A stretch of 64,000 nucleotides of DNA, taken from Candidatus Moraniibacteriota bacterium (GTDB lineage Bacteria > Patescibacteriota > Minisyncoccia > Moranbacterales > GCA-2747515). The notes under the pieces are model-generated. The model ran no database searches, was not told where the DNA came from, and was given only the letters and a program-made list of their open reading frames with translations. The position numbers and the translations under genes are program-made. Position 1 is the stretch's first letter. Each line of letters opens with the position of its first letter. The stretch is from positions 961,734-1,025,733 of the forward strand of contig CP175956.1 of the NCBI GenBank assembly GCA_046116545.1, given 5' to 3'. Below are positions 9,461-19,029 of the stretch, in pieces.

Positions 9461-10111
9461 TTATTCTTCTAAAGAAACTGACTCATCCACCAACTTCACC
9501 AACTCACCATAAGCACCCACAACATCATCACTCTGTAAAATTGCACTTCCAACCCCGGCAGCATCAACACCTTTTTGACTGACTTTCAAAATTGTTTCTT
9601 TATTAACACCACCATCTACTGATATCCAAATATCTCCACGACGCTCTCTTAAATATGAAATTTTATTCAATGACTCTTCCAAAAATTTACTACCCTGAGT
9701 ACCTGGAATAACAGTCATAACTTGAACAGCATCAATCTCATCTATATATGTAAATACATCTTCAACCGGAGTTTGGGGTGATAATGCAATTCCTTTTGTA
9801 AAATCATAAGGATCCATAGCAGTTAAAACTTGAGATGGACTCTCAACCTCTCCAAGATGAAAATAAACTCGTTTAGCATTCAGTGCAGCACATGTATCTA
9901 AATATTTTTCAGGATGTTTGCTCATAAGATGAATCTCTACATCAAAATCATCAACTTCACCAACTAAGTCATACAAATCAAAAGTTTCACTATCAGTCAT
10001 AGTATTATCAGCTAAATCAATCTGAATCCAATCTACAGAACCACGCAACACATTCAATTGTTGAATTACATTATCACTATCTGTATCTAAAATTGCTGGA
10101 ATTATCAACAT
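9461..10111 (-). CDS. rpe: Ribulose-phosphate 3-epimerase
   Basis: 216 aa. Conserved blocks (W)IQIDLADNTM, HLMS and VDGGVN with GVGSAI. Confidence 0.8.
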   Translation of the reverse strand: MLIIPAILDTDSDNVIQQLNVLRGSVDWIQIDLADNTMTDSETFDLYDLVGEVDDFDVEIHLMSKHPEKYLDTCAALNAKRVYFHLGEVESPSQVLTAMDPYDFTKGIALSPQTPVEDVFTYIDEIDAVQVMTVIPGTQGSKFLEESLNKISYLRERRGDIWISVDGGVNKETILKVSQKGVDAAGVGSAILQSDDVVGAYGELVKLVDESVSLEE

Positions 10112-10151
10112 AATTTTGTATATTTATAATTTACGGATTATCATTACTCCT

Positions 10152-10236
10152 TTTTGTCATTCCGGAAAGTTTATTTTCTCGTAGGGACAGTGCCTTGTGC
10201 CTGTCCACGATATTTGAAAATCACTTGTCCGGAATC
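10152..10236. repeat. Copy A of a repeated intergenic element with TTCCGGAA-type palindromic ends
   Basis: Left end tttttgtcattccggaaag, right end cttgtccggaatc, internal hairpin ggacag-N10-ctgtcc. Lies 40-125 bp upstream of the rpe start. Confidence 0.5.
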
Positions 10237-10279
10237 TTATACTCTACTAGTAAAGTTCAGATTCCAAATCAAACCTAAA

Positions 10280-10750
10280 CTAATAGTTATCAATTTTTGC
10301 AATTCTTCTAACATGTCTTTCTTCCTCACTAAATTTCGTCTCAAGCCATAACTTCACAGAATCTTTAGCATCCTCAATACTTAAAAATCTAGCACCCAGT
10401 GAAAGAACATTTGCATTATTATGTTCTTTTGATAAAGTTATTATTTCCTTCGGACCACCATAGTATACAGCACATCTAATGCCACTAGTTCTATTTGCTA
10501 CAATCGCCTCACCCTGACCAGAACCTCCTAAAATAATTCCCAGATTCTCACTATCAGCAACTACCTCTGCAACAGGTTTTATAAAATCAGGATAATCATC
10601 ATTTTTATCAAATGAATCAGCACCAAAATCAACAACTTCAAAATTAAGTTCTTCTGTTAAAAATATCTTCAATTGTTCCTTTAAATCATAACCTGCATGG
10701 TCTGTTCCTAAATATATTTTCATACTTCTATTATATAACTTCAAAAACAA
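10280..10750 (-). CDS. rpiB: Ribose-5-phosphate isomerase B
   Basis: 156 aa. RpiB/LacAB family motifs GTDHAGYDLK and GIILGGSGQGEAIVANR. Confidence 0.85.
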   Translation of the reverse strand: MFLKLYNRSMKIYLGTDHAGYDLKEQLKIFLTEELNFEVVDFGADSFDKNDDYPDFIKPVAEVVADSENLGIILGGSGQGEAIVANRTSGIRCAVYYGGPKEIITLSKEHNNANVLSLGARFLSIEDAKDSVKLWLETKFSEEERHVRRIAKIDNY

Positions 10751-10809
10751 TATTACAACTAAAAAACAGTATCCCTAAAATAATACTGTTTTTATACTTG
10801 TTATACTAA

Positions 10810-11223
10810 TTATTTATTAACACATTCTTGAGATTCTCTTGCACCATCATCACTCATTTTTATATTAGATTCAGTTGTGCTCCCTGATGGCCAAACAAAA
10901 AAATCACTTGCAATCGAATTGATTGAAAAAATCATCCCATCATTATTTAATTGATTTATTGAAAATGTTGCTATATCCTCAATGTCTAATTCAGGATTCT
11001 TTAGATTAGCACTAACAAAATAAACACTTTTAAAATCATTAGATTTTACCACCTGTCCATTATGTAGTGTAACTTCCCCATTTTTTAAACCACTCTCAAT
11101 TTTTTGCAATACAGAATCCGAAACATCTTCACAATAACTAGCGGTTGTAACAACCTCAGTTGAAGCACATCCGGTAGTAAATAATATAAGACTTGCCACT
11201 AAGAAAATTTTTCTCATATTCAT
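10810..11223 (-). CDS. Putative lipoprotein, function unknown
   Basis: Signal peptide with lipobox LFTTGC (MNMRKIFLVASLILFTTGCAST). 137 aa. Confidence 0.45.
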   Translation of the reverse strand: MNMRKIFLVASLILFTTGCASTEVVTTASYCEDVSDSVLQKIESGLKNGEVTLHNGQVVKSNDFKSVYFVSANLKNPELDIEDIATFSINQLNNDGMIFSINSIASDFFVWPSGSTTESNIKMSDDGARESQECVNK

Positions 11224-11238
11224 TAAGTTACTAATTTT

Positions 11239-12165
11239 TTAATTTTTCTTTATATATTCATGAGCAGACAAAAGTGCCTTTATAGCATCTCCTACAGCTA
11301 TGTTATTTTGACGAAATATTGAATTTGTTACATCTCCTGCAGCAAATACTCCAGCACAGCTTGTTTCTTGCGTTTCAAAATTTACCACTATATTATTCCA
11401 ATCATCAGTATCTACAAATTCTCCTACAATTTCACTATTTGGAACAGAACCAATTTCTACAAATACTCCTTGCACAGCAAGTTCTTTTTCTTCATCGCTA
11501 TCATTGTGTTTGTATTTCAATCCAGTTACCATCATTTCTCCAACTACTTCAGATGCATTTGATTCATAAATTATCTCAACTTTATCTGAATTCATAATTT
11601 CCTCCTGTGTTATAGGATCACCTCTAAGTCCACCTTCTGGCTTGCGTGCTATCAAATAAACTTTATTTGCATATTTCATAAGATCAACAACTGCTTCAAG
11701 TCCACTATTTCCGCCACCTACAACTGCAACATCTTTATCCTTGAAAAAAGGCGCATCACACGTTGCACAAAATGCAACCCCCTTACCTTCAAAGTCAGAT
11801 TCACCAGGAACACCCATCCTCCTATGTCGTCCACCCGAACAAACTATAACTGTTTTTGTTTCATATTTATCGTCTCCTACAATAACTTCAAAAGTTCCAT
11901 CTTCTTTTTTATTTACAACATCCACTTTTTCACCAATGTGCAAATCAATATTATCTTTTTGAGATTCTAAGTGTTTTTTTAATTTAATAGCCAAATCAGC
12001 TCCGGCTATAACTTCTTCACCAATCCAATTTTCAATACCATCAGACACAACAGATTGTCCACCAATCTGCTGGGCAAATAAAGCTGTTTTGATTTGTTTA
12101 CGAGCCGCATAAACGCCTGCTGCTACAGCTGCTGGACCACCTCCAATAATAATAGTTTCGTACAT
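11239..12165 (-). CDS. trxB: Thioredoxin-disulfide reductase
   Basis: FAD-binding IIGGGPAAVAAG, redox-active CATCD, NAD(P)H-binding GGGNSGLEA. 308 aa. Confidence 0.85.
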   Translation of the reverse strand: MYETIIIGGGPAAVAAGVYAARKQIKTALFAQQIGGQSVVSDGIENWIGEEVIAGADLAIKLKKHLESQKDNIDLHIGEKVDVVNKKEDGTFEVIVGDDKYETKTVIVCSGGRHRRMGVPGESDFEGKGVAFCATCDAPFFKDKDVAVVGGGNSGLEAVVDLMKYANKVYLIARKPEGGLRGDPITQEEIMNSDKVEIIYESNASEVVGEMMVTGLKYKHNDSDEEKELAVQGVFVEIGSVPNSEIVGEFVDTDDWNNIVVNFETQETSCAGVFAAGDVTNSIFRQNNIAVGDAIKALLSAHEYIKKN

Positions 12166-12239
12166 AATTTTATAAAATAAAAATAATAAATCTAATAATG
12201 AAGTGGATGAAAATATCTATCCACTTCATTCAAGATTGA

Positions 12240-12485
12240 CTATAGTCCTAAAAGATTTGTAAGTTGAACTTGATCAAATCCAACTAATACTTCTTCTTGA
12301 CCATCTTTCTCAATAATAATTACTGGAACTCCCATTTGTCCAGTTTTTTCTACCATTGCTTGAGCTTTTTGTTGATCTACAGAAACATCCACTTCTTCAT
12401 ATTCTACACCCTTTTCTTGCAAAAAATCCTTTGCCATTGTGCAATAACCACATGTTGGTGTGGAATAAATTGTTACTTTTGCCAT
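12240..12485 (-). CDS. Glutaredoxin-like / NrdH-like small redoxin
   Basis: 81 aa with a CGYC active site in a thioredoxin-fold context (TCGYCTMAKDFL). Confidence 0.7.
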   Translation of the reverse strand: MAKVTIYSTPTCGYCTMAKDFLQEKGVEYEEVDVSVDQQKAQAMVEKTGQMGVPVIIIEKDGQEEVLVGFDQVQLTNLLGL

Positions 12486-12552
12486 AATGCTTTTCTTACT
12501 TATTACTTATAATACTAATTATTTTAGCATATAATCAATTATACGCACAACC

Positions 12553-12581
12553 TTGACTAAACACTTTTTTTTGTGCATAAT
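12553..12581 (+). promoter_or_regulatory. Putative sigma70-type promoter of tRNA-Arg
   Basis: TTGACT (12553..12558), a 17-bp spacer, then CATAAT (12576..12581), about 22 nt upstream of the tRNA 5' end. Confidence 0.4.
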
Positions 12582-12603
12582 GAATAAATACTGTTAATCC
12601 CAT

Positions 12604-12676
12604 GCCCTCGTGGTGAAATTGGATATCACATTTGGTTTCGGCCCAAACGTTCTAGGTTCAAGTCCTGGCGAGGGCA
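12604..12676 (+). tRNA. tRNA-Arg, anticodon TCG
   Basis: Acceptor GCCCTCG/CGAGGGC, D-arm GTGA-AATTGGATA-TCAC, anticodon stem TTTGG/CCAAA with loop TTTCGGC, T-arm CTAGG-TTCAAGT-CCTGG. Confidence 0.65.
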
Positions 12677-12685
12677 CAATAAATA

Positions 12686-12720
12686 AAAAAGCATTTATTA
12701 TATAAATGCTTTTTTATTTT
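12686..12720. terminator. Bidirectional intrinsic terminator for tRNA-Arg (+) and the pil operon (-)
   Basis: Stem gcatttat/ataaatgc with loop tat, flanked by A-runs upstream and T-runs downstream. Confidence 0.55.
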
Positions 12721-12724
12721 TATG

Positions 12725-13090
12725 TTATACATCACTTTCAACATCTATTTTATCTTCATAAAAAACATCTCGATATTCTTGCCTACCCTCATTAAACTTA
12801 CTCCCACGAGCATCAATTAAATCATTCGCATTGTCAAATTTTTTCTTTTCTAAAATAACTTCCTTTTTCTTAGCTTCTACATACTCTACAGTTTCAACTT
12901 GACTCACCTCATTTTCATATAAATATGAGTACCAAAAGTAAACCAGAGTACCTGCCACAAAAATCGCTAATACAGCCAATATATACTTAAATGACTTTAT
13001 CCACCATTTACGTGCTGATTTAATGATTTTACCAGCATTACTAACTGGATCATTAAATGTATCACGACCTTTTAATCCAAACATACACAA
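12725..13090 (-). CDS. Small membrane protein, last gene of the pil operon (PilP-like position)
   Basis: 121 aa, single TM helix (ILAVLAIFVAGTLVYFWYSYLY). Confidence 0.35.
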   Translation of the reverse strand: MCMFGLKGRDTFNDPVSNAGKIIKSARKWWIKSFKYILAVLAIFVAGTLVYFWYSYLYENEVSQVETVEYVEAKKKEVILEKKKFDNANDLIDARGSKFNEGRQEYRDVFYEDKIDVESDV

Positions 13091-13101
13091 TCCTTATATT
13101 A

Positions 13102-13740
13102 CTATTTATTATCTAGATAAAACACGGTAATCATAGTTGTTTTTAATAACTCATTTTTCATTTCCTCAACATCAGTAGTGCTCATATTAATATTTGATTC
13201 TGTTCTACTTGTTACAAGTGATAATACATCATTAAAATATTTCATATTTTCCAATTTTTGCAAAAACTCTATTAAATCATTTTGATTCCCTGTTAATGCA
13301 ATCTTTAATTTCATATTATTCTTTGTTAACGGTTCGATACTGACTTTTTCATCAGTTTCATCTTCTTTTACTTTTGCCTTTGTTTTCTTTACAACTACAG
13401 CACTATTCACAACCTCCAGAGATATCTTATTACCCGTATTATTAGCAATCTCTTCTAATTGTGAAAATAAATTAATTTTTTCATCATCATTATCTGGCAA
13501 TAACACATTTAACCCTTCTTTTTCTATAGATATGTATTCGGAAGTTTTTTCAAATTCATAAACATTCACTAAAAACTCTTCAGCTAACGCATGACCTAAT
13601 TGTAATTGCTCTAATTCTGCTGATTTATTTTTTATCAATCCAATAATATCAAAGGATTTATTGAACATAACAATAATCAATACTAAAAATATAAATATGG
13701 TTATTATTTGTTTATAATATTTTTTTATAAAATATGCCAT
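13102..13740 (-). CDS. pilO: Type IV pilus assembly protein PilO-like
   Basis: 212 aa bitopic protein (N-terminal TM IITIFIFLVLIIVMF). Its position after pilM-pilN supports the call. Confidence 0.5.
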   Translation of the reverse strand: MAYFIKKYYKQIITIFIFLVLIIVMFNKSFDIIGLIKNKSAELEQLQLGHALAEEFLVNVYEFEKTSEYISIEKEGLNVLLPDNDDEKINLFSQLEEIANNTGNKISLEVVNSAVVVKKTKAKVKEDETDEKVSIEPLTKNNMKLKIALTGNQNDLIEFLQKLENMKYFNDVLSLVTSRTESNINMSTTDVEEMKNELLKTTMITVFYLDNK

Positions 13741-13744
13741 AAAT

Positions 13745-14308
13745 TTACTTCAAACAATCTAAATTAATCTTAAACGTCATTGTAAAAAAAATATCAACAG
13801 GAGTTGCTAATTGCTCCTCTGGAACAACAACATTTGTAAAACACTTTTTTTCATCATATTCCATATCCTTAAGTGCATTCTTAAACTCCACCACACTCTC
13901 CCGTGTATTTGCTTGAGCCTTAATTGATACAGAATCATTTGTTGTTTTTATGCTCTCAATAACTATACTACTAGGAACAGTTTCACTTAAAAATATAATC
14001 ATCCTAGACCATTTTAAATGATTTTTATCTAACTTATTAATCAAATCAACCTTTTTATTCACTTCAATAAATTCATCATGCATTACTGCAACTTTTTTAT
14101 ATCTTTCATTTTCTGTAACACTAGACTTTACTTCTTCCATAACAGAAATTTCAGTCTTTAATATAAAATAAACAGCAAATAATCCACCTATCAAAAACAA
14201 AAACGCTATCATGACATGAATTTCCTGTTCCATTATTATTCTAAATGTTTTACGCCTATTCAAATGGTCTTTTTGTTTTTTTGGCAATAAATTGAATTTT
14301 ATTTTCAT
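13745..14308 (-). CDS. pilN: Type IV pilus assembly protein PilN-like
   Basis: 187 aa with a TM helix (IAFLFLIGGLFAVYFIL), directly downstream of pilM. Confidence 0.55.
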   Translation of the reverse strand: MKIKFNLLPKKQKDHLNRRKTFRIIMEQEIHVMIAFLFLIGGLFAVYFILKTEISVMEEVKSSVTENERYKKVAVMHDEFIEVNKKVDLINKLDKNHLKWSRMIIFLSETVPSSIVIESIKTTNDSVSIKAQANTRESVVEFKNALKDMEYDEKKCFTNVVVPEEQLATPVDIFFTMTFKINLDCLK

Positions 14309-14314
14309 ATAATT

Positions 14315-15376
14315 TTATATACTCTTTGAAGCTAAACCAATCACTGTTGCATATTGAACGGACGCTTCTCTATTTATTGGTGGCACACTTTTGAAATTCA
14401 CATTCACCCACGGATTTCCAAGCTCAATATTATAACCCAATCTACGAGATAAATAAGGTGCAATTCCCAATGTTCTAGCACCACCTCCACACATTATAAT
14501 TTTATCTATTTTATCAGTATAATTTAATCCATTCAAATAAAAATCAATAGATTTTTGTGCTTCACCAGCAAAGTTCTCCATAACAGCTTTAGTCGCTTGA
14601 AATACATGATCATTTTTCAATACTGACCCAACACCATATGTTATTTTAATATTTTCAGCCTCTGAATAAGTTATTCCAAATGTTTGCTCTATTGTTTTAG
14701 TCATGGCTTCGGAAGATAATGGAATACTTGATGTAAAAACAGGAATATTGTCAACAGTAACAACAAAACTAGTTCCCTTATCTCCTATATCTATAATCAT
14801 AGTGGTAGCACCTTTTTCATCATCTCTCAATAAACTATTGGATTGAGCTACTGATTCAATCTCAAATCCATACGCGGTTAACCCAGCTCTTCTGAGCATT
14901 TTTATATACCTATTTATAAAATCCTTAGACACAGCAACTATAATAACATCCATCTGTTTCTTATCTTTTGTAAGTCTCCTATCAAGTACTTGCCAATCAT
15001 AATAAACTTGATCAATAGAAAGAGGTATTGCAGCTTCTATCTCCCATTTAATAGCTTCAGCAACTTCCTCATCTTTCATATTTGGAATAGTTACTATTCG
15101 CAAAAATGATTTTGACTCTGGAAGTGAACAAATAACATTACGAGCTGATATTCCAGCTTTTTTTCTTGCTCTATCGATGGCACCTAGTACAACATCAAAA
15201 TTAGTAATATCCCCATTATTTACTATTCCTGCAGGTATTTTTTCAGATGCAAAGCCATACACATCATCATATTCTCCATGATGTGTAATCTGTAAAACCT
15301 TTATAGAAAGATCGCTAATATCCAAACCAAAAAATGGTGGCGTTGGATCAATGAATTTCTTATTAAATATGGACAT
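14315..15376 (-). CDS. pilM: Type IV pilus assembly protein PilM (actin-like ATPase fold)
   Basis: 353 aa with the actin/FtsA-like layout (FGLDISDLSIKVLQI ... IIDIGDKGTSFVV ... IIMCGGGA). Confidence 0.75.
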   Translation of the reverse strand: MSIFNKKFIDPTPPFFGLDISDLSIKVLQITHHGEYDDVYGFASEKIPAGIVNNGDITNFDVVLGAIDRARKKAGISARNVICSLPESKSFLRIVTIPNMKDEEVAEAIKWEIEAAIPLSIDQVYYDWQVLDRRLTKDKKQMDVIIVAVSKDFINRYIKMLRRAGLTAYGFEIESVAQSNSLLRDDEKGATTMIIDIGDKGTSFVVTVDNIPVFTSSIPLSSEAMTKTIEQTFGITYSEAENIKITYGVGSVLKNDHVFQATKAVMENFAGEAQKSIDFYLNGLNYTDKIDKIIMCGGGARTLGIAPYLSRRLGYNIELGNPWVNVNFKSVPPINREASVQYATVIGLASKSI

Positions 15377-15426
15377 TTATTTTTTATTTGTTTTTACCTA
15401 GTTACATGATATCACATACTCCACTT

Positions 15427-16803
15427 CTATTCCATCTCTGTCCACTGATCAATAACATAAGAACTTCCAGTTGGAAAATATGGAGGAGCTGTTACTAAAA
15501 AATTTGGATCATATGTCAATGTACTTGTGCCAACACTCGACTGTTCTAATCCTTGTTTTGTCGCAATTGCACCGTAAAAATCCATGTCTATAATTGTATC
15601 GTATTCACTACTGCGACCAACAAAACCAAATTGAGACAAAATTGCCGCATCAATCTCCAAGACTCCACTATCATTCCCAGCACCATCTATAATTGGCTCT
15701 TTTACTGTATCGATATTATTTTCAGCAGCAAGACCTAATACAGTCCATGAATCATGATTTTCATATACAACATCACCATTTATATAAATATCTTGATTTC
15801 GCCCACCTCCATTATGATGTGCAGCAATTGTCAAACGTTTACCAGCATCTAATGTTCCATCAATCCACAAATCATTTCGTAAGTAAATTGCACTTGTGTC
15901 TTGTAATGTGATTGTTTGATCAAATGATTCTTTTGTGATTGCCTTTGTATCTTTATGATGTTTTTTCACCCACCAAACATCAGCAGTACCATCTGCTTGT
16001 AAAATAATATGCCATCCTTGTCCTCCTGCTAAAGTTGGTAGTGTATATTGCCCTTGTGCTGCCGATGCTATTTCTGCAAAACTCACCACAATACTATTAA
16101 AGTCTTGGACTGGTGATGGGAATATTTTTGCACCTGCAAAAAAACCATTACCAGTTTGACTCCAGATACCCTCTTTCTCTTCAGTGGCACTATTATTATC
16201 ATGGTCATATGTTGCAACACTACTAGATACTGCACCATAAGCGCTACCATTAAACTCAATCCCATCATTTGCATGTACTGCGCCATAAAATGTTGTTTTA
16301 TTGTTAATAATCAAACTGGAATCAGATAACAAAACAAATTCACTCCAAGCAGGTCGACGCATACGAACACGTACACTACGCGTTACGTCCGGTTCTTTAT
16401 ATGTCCAACCAGTAGCTAAAATTTCTGCATCAGTAGATCCTGAACTTGGCCTAATTACGCAAATACGATATCTTCCAATTGTATTAGTTCCATCATAATC
16501 AACTTCATAAGCTTCCGACTCACTACATTCACCATCATTATCAGAATCAACTCCATAAGGATTACCATTTTCCCAAAAATCTGCAACTTCTTCCGCTGTT
16601 TTACCATCTACATTATGTCCTAAATACCATCTATAAAAATATATACCAGATTCTGCCATGTGAAGAGCTTGTTGTCTTGGTTGTGCATGCAGACTATATT
16701 TAAAATGTTCTGTAACAAAACGTATTAATCCAGTAAAAATAACAGCCACTGAAACAATAACAATAAGACCATATACCAATGCTGTTCCTTTTTTTATTTG
16801 CAT
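15427..16803 (-). CDS. PilX-N-like pilus-associated protein, paralog 1
   Basis: N-terminus MQIKKGTALVYGLIVIVSVAVIF matches the PilX_N-type hydrophobic segment. Shares blocks with the 19030..20553 protein (GIYFYRWYL(A/G)HNV(E/D)GKTA). Confidence 0.5.
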   Translation of the reverse strand: MQIKKGTALVYGLIVIVSVAVIFTGLIRFVTEHFKYSLHAQPRQQALHMAESGIYFYRWYLGHNVDGKTAEEVADFWENGNPYGVDSDNDGECSESEAYEVDYDGTNTIGRYRICVIRPSSGSTDAEILATGWTYKEPDVTRSVRVRMRRPAWSEFVLLSDSSLIINNKTTFYGAVHANDGIEFNGSAYGAVSSSVATYDHDNNSATEEKEGIWSQTGNGFFAGAKIFPSPVQDFNSIVVSFAEIASAAQGQYTLPTLAGGQGWHIILQADGTADVWWVKKHHKDTKAITKESFDQTITLQDTSAIYLRNDLWIDGTLDAGKRLTIAAHHNGGGRNQDIYINGDVVYENHDSWTVLGLAAENNIDTVKEPIIDGAGNDSGVLEIDAAILSQFGFVGRSSEYDTIIDMDFYGAIATKQGLEQSSVGTSTLTYDPNFLVTAPPYFPTGSSYVIDQWTEME

Positions 16804-16828
16804 ATAATTTAAATTATTTTACGTAAAA

Positions 16829-17461
16829 TTAAGTCGGTGTTTTACCAAATAAAGACAAGTTACGCATAAGTACCTGTGATTGTATGCGCACATTATTTGG
16901 TTGACGAATTTGATCTACATTTACAAAAAGTAAAATTTTCACCAAAGATACACTCCCTGTATTTACAGGAGATGTAAGTTCTGTATTTGTTAAATCATAA
17001 TATGTAAATATGGGATCTTGTTCAGAATTATTCACAACATAGTTTGCAACACGAGTTATAATTTCATCATTAGCAACATCATAAATTGGCGGAGTCACTG
17101 TTGTGTCCAAGTTCGTAACTCCAACATTAAATGTATCATCAACATCATTTAAAAAATATCTAATACGCTCAATTTCATCATCACCATCATAATTTGCATA
17201 AAAAATAAATTCTGACACATCTGCAAATTCTACTGCATGTGCACCATCCCCACCAGAACTAGCACGACGAATATTTTTCACTGCATCATCTACACCGCGA
17301 GAAGCATGTAATGTTGCATAACCTAACTCAATAGCAAAATGATTCATCTCCCACACTTTTATAAAAAACATTGTAAATCCTAAAAGCACCATCGATGTAA
17401 TAGTAATCACCACAATAGTTTCAATAAGAGTAAATCCTTTTTTATTTTCTATATACATCAT
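16829..17461 (-). CDS. Type IV minor pilin / pseudopilin with prepilin leader
   Basis: Class III signal KKG|FTLIETIVVITI (cleavage after G, Glu at +5). 210 aa. Confidence 0.7.
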   Translation of the reverse strand: MMYIENKKGFTLIETIVVITITSMVLLGFTMFFIKVWEMNHFAIELGYATLHASRGVDDAVKNIRRASSGGDGAHAVEFADVSEFIFYANYDGDDEIERIRYFLNDVDDTFNVGVTNLDTTVTPPIYDVANDEIITRVANYVVNNSEQDPIFTYYDLTNTELTSPVNTGSVSLVKILLFVNVDQIRQPNNVRIQSQVLMRNLSLFGKTPT

Positions 17462-17479
17462 ATTAATTATGCATCAAAA

Positions 17480-18964
17480 TTAACTACTGGGATTCAATTC
17501 AATACTAACACTCTCCAAACCACTTATTGTAACTGAATCGTCATCATCTGTTATATAATCACTTGCTGTTACAGTAATATTGTATTGCTCTCCATCAATT
17601 AAAACATCATCAGCAACCCCATCACCATCTCCATCATTTTCTGCCACATCCACCGGAAAATACACTTTACCATGAACGTCAGTTTGTTGTGACACGTCAT
17701 ATCCAAGTGTTGTATTTTCCAGTTGCACTGTTACACCCTCAAATGGACCAGTTGTTAATGAATCAGTTATTGACACAATGACACCTGGCTCACTTTCATC
17801 AATAATAATCATGTCACTATTATATACACCACTTTCTACGGATATTGAGTTTTGTTCAGTATCTGAACCAGGATTAAATTTCCATAAAACATATCCTGAT
17901 TCATCTAATATGAAATCATATTTTCCAATACTTGACTCATATCCAGCAATATCAGCATCAAAATCAACTTCGCCTTCATTCCCTGATTCTGTACTAGAAA
18001 CTGCATTAAGAGCTGTATTAATATACACAGGATCATTGCTTACATACAAAAACCCCAACACTCTACCACCTGAGAAAGTAAAATCAATATCGGACACAAC
18101 ATTACCAAAAGGATCTTTTGTAAAAATATGAAGTTCTGGCAAAACATCCTCCACAATAGTAATTGTTGTAATTGTTCCTGCAATTATCGATGCATCTGTA
18201 TACATTGGATAATATGATGATACTGGATAAGGTGCCATTGTTTGTATTTCTTCACTTCCCGAAAGTAAAACAGTTATTTGATACATATCCATTCCAGGCA
18301 TCAATCCTTCAAATAAAACATTACCAGCAGAATCAGTTGTATTACTAAAATCTGGTGTCGGATTACCACTCCCAACAATATCAACACCTACAGTAGCACC
18401 ACTTACAGCAGCGCCTTCCGAGTCAACAACATTCACTGACAATATTCCATCTATTACGGCAGATTCATTTCCTGAAGGTGGTACAAAAAATGATGTTAAT
18501 TCGATGCTATTTACAGTATTAGAAACATCAACCATTCCTACTCCCCATAAAATCTTAATGTTTACACGCTTATAATCATTTGGGATGCTATCTCCGCCAC
18601 CAAAACCATCATCTGGATTATCAACATAATAAATCTCTGTTAAAACACGATACATACTGTTATTTATAGTTTTAACCTCATCATAATCTAACCCAGTACC
18701 TGAACCTGTAATCACACTCCCGTCTGGTGGATTTGTCGTTGAATCCAAAAAAATATTATCATATGGTGTATTACGCAAAATCTCCAGTTCTGCTGTAGCA
18801 AGTTCAACAGCTTCCGTACGCTGTTTTGTTTCAAGTGAATAACTTACGACAAGAGCGTATGTTTTGTAAAAGGTCATTACAGAGATACTAAAAATAAACA
18901 ATAACACTATACTTTCTATTAAAGTAAAGCCTTTTTTTTTATTGTAAAAATATGAAAAATTCAT
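17480..18964 (-). CDS. Large pilin-like protein with prepilin leader (494 aa)
   Basis: N-terminus KKKG|FTLIESIVLLFIFSISV. Thr/Ser/Gly/Asp-rich C-terminal region. Confidence 0.65.
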   Translation of the reverse strand: MNFSYFYNKKKGFTLIESIVLLFIFSISVMTFYKTYALVVSYSLETKQRTEAVELATAELEILRNTPYDNIFLDSTTNPPDGSVITGSGTGLDYDEVKTINNSMYRVLTEIYYVDNPDDGFGGGDSIPNDYKRVNIKILWGVGMVDVSNTVNSIELTSFFVPPSGNESAVIDGILSVNVVDSEGAAVSGATVGVDIVGSGNPTPDFSNTTDSAGNVLFEGLMPGMDMYQITVLLSGSEEIQTMAPYPVSSYYPMYTDASIIAGTITTITIVEDVLPELHIFTKDPFGNVVSDIDFTFSGGRVLGFLYVSNDPVYINTALNAVSSTESGNEGEVDFDADIAGYESSIGKYDFILDESGYVLWKFNPGSDTEQNSISVESGVYNSDMIIIDESEPGVIVSITDSLTTGPFEGVTVQLENTTLGYDVSQQTDVHGKVYFPVDVAENDGDGDGVADDVLIDGEQYNITVTASDYITDDDDSVTISGLESVSIELNPSS

Positions 18965-19029
18965 TTATTATATTTTAATTTTTGTATTATATTTCAATAA
19001 CCTACAAATTCATTATAGCATACGACACC

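Noticed and set aside
9334-9582. 82-aa plus-strand ORF with a His/Pro/Gln-rich tail
   Set aside because: It starts inside the GC-rich palindromic element and overlaps the rpe 3' end on the opposite strand. Its composition is driven by the repeat, not by coding.
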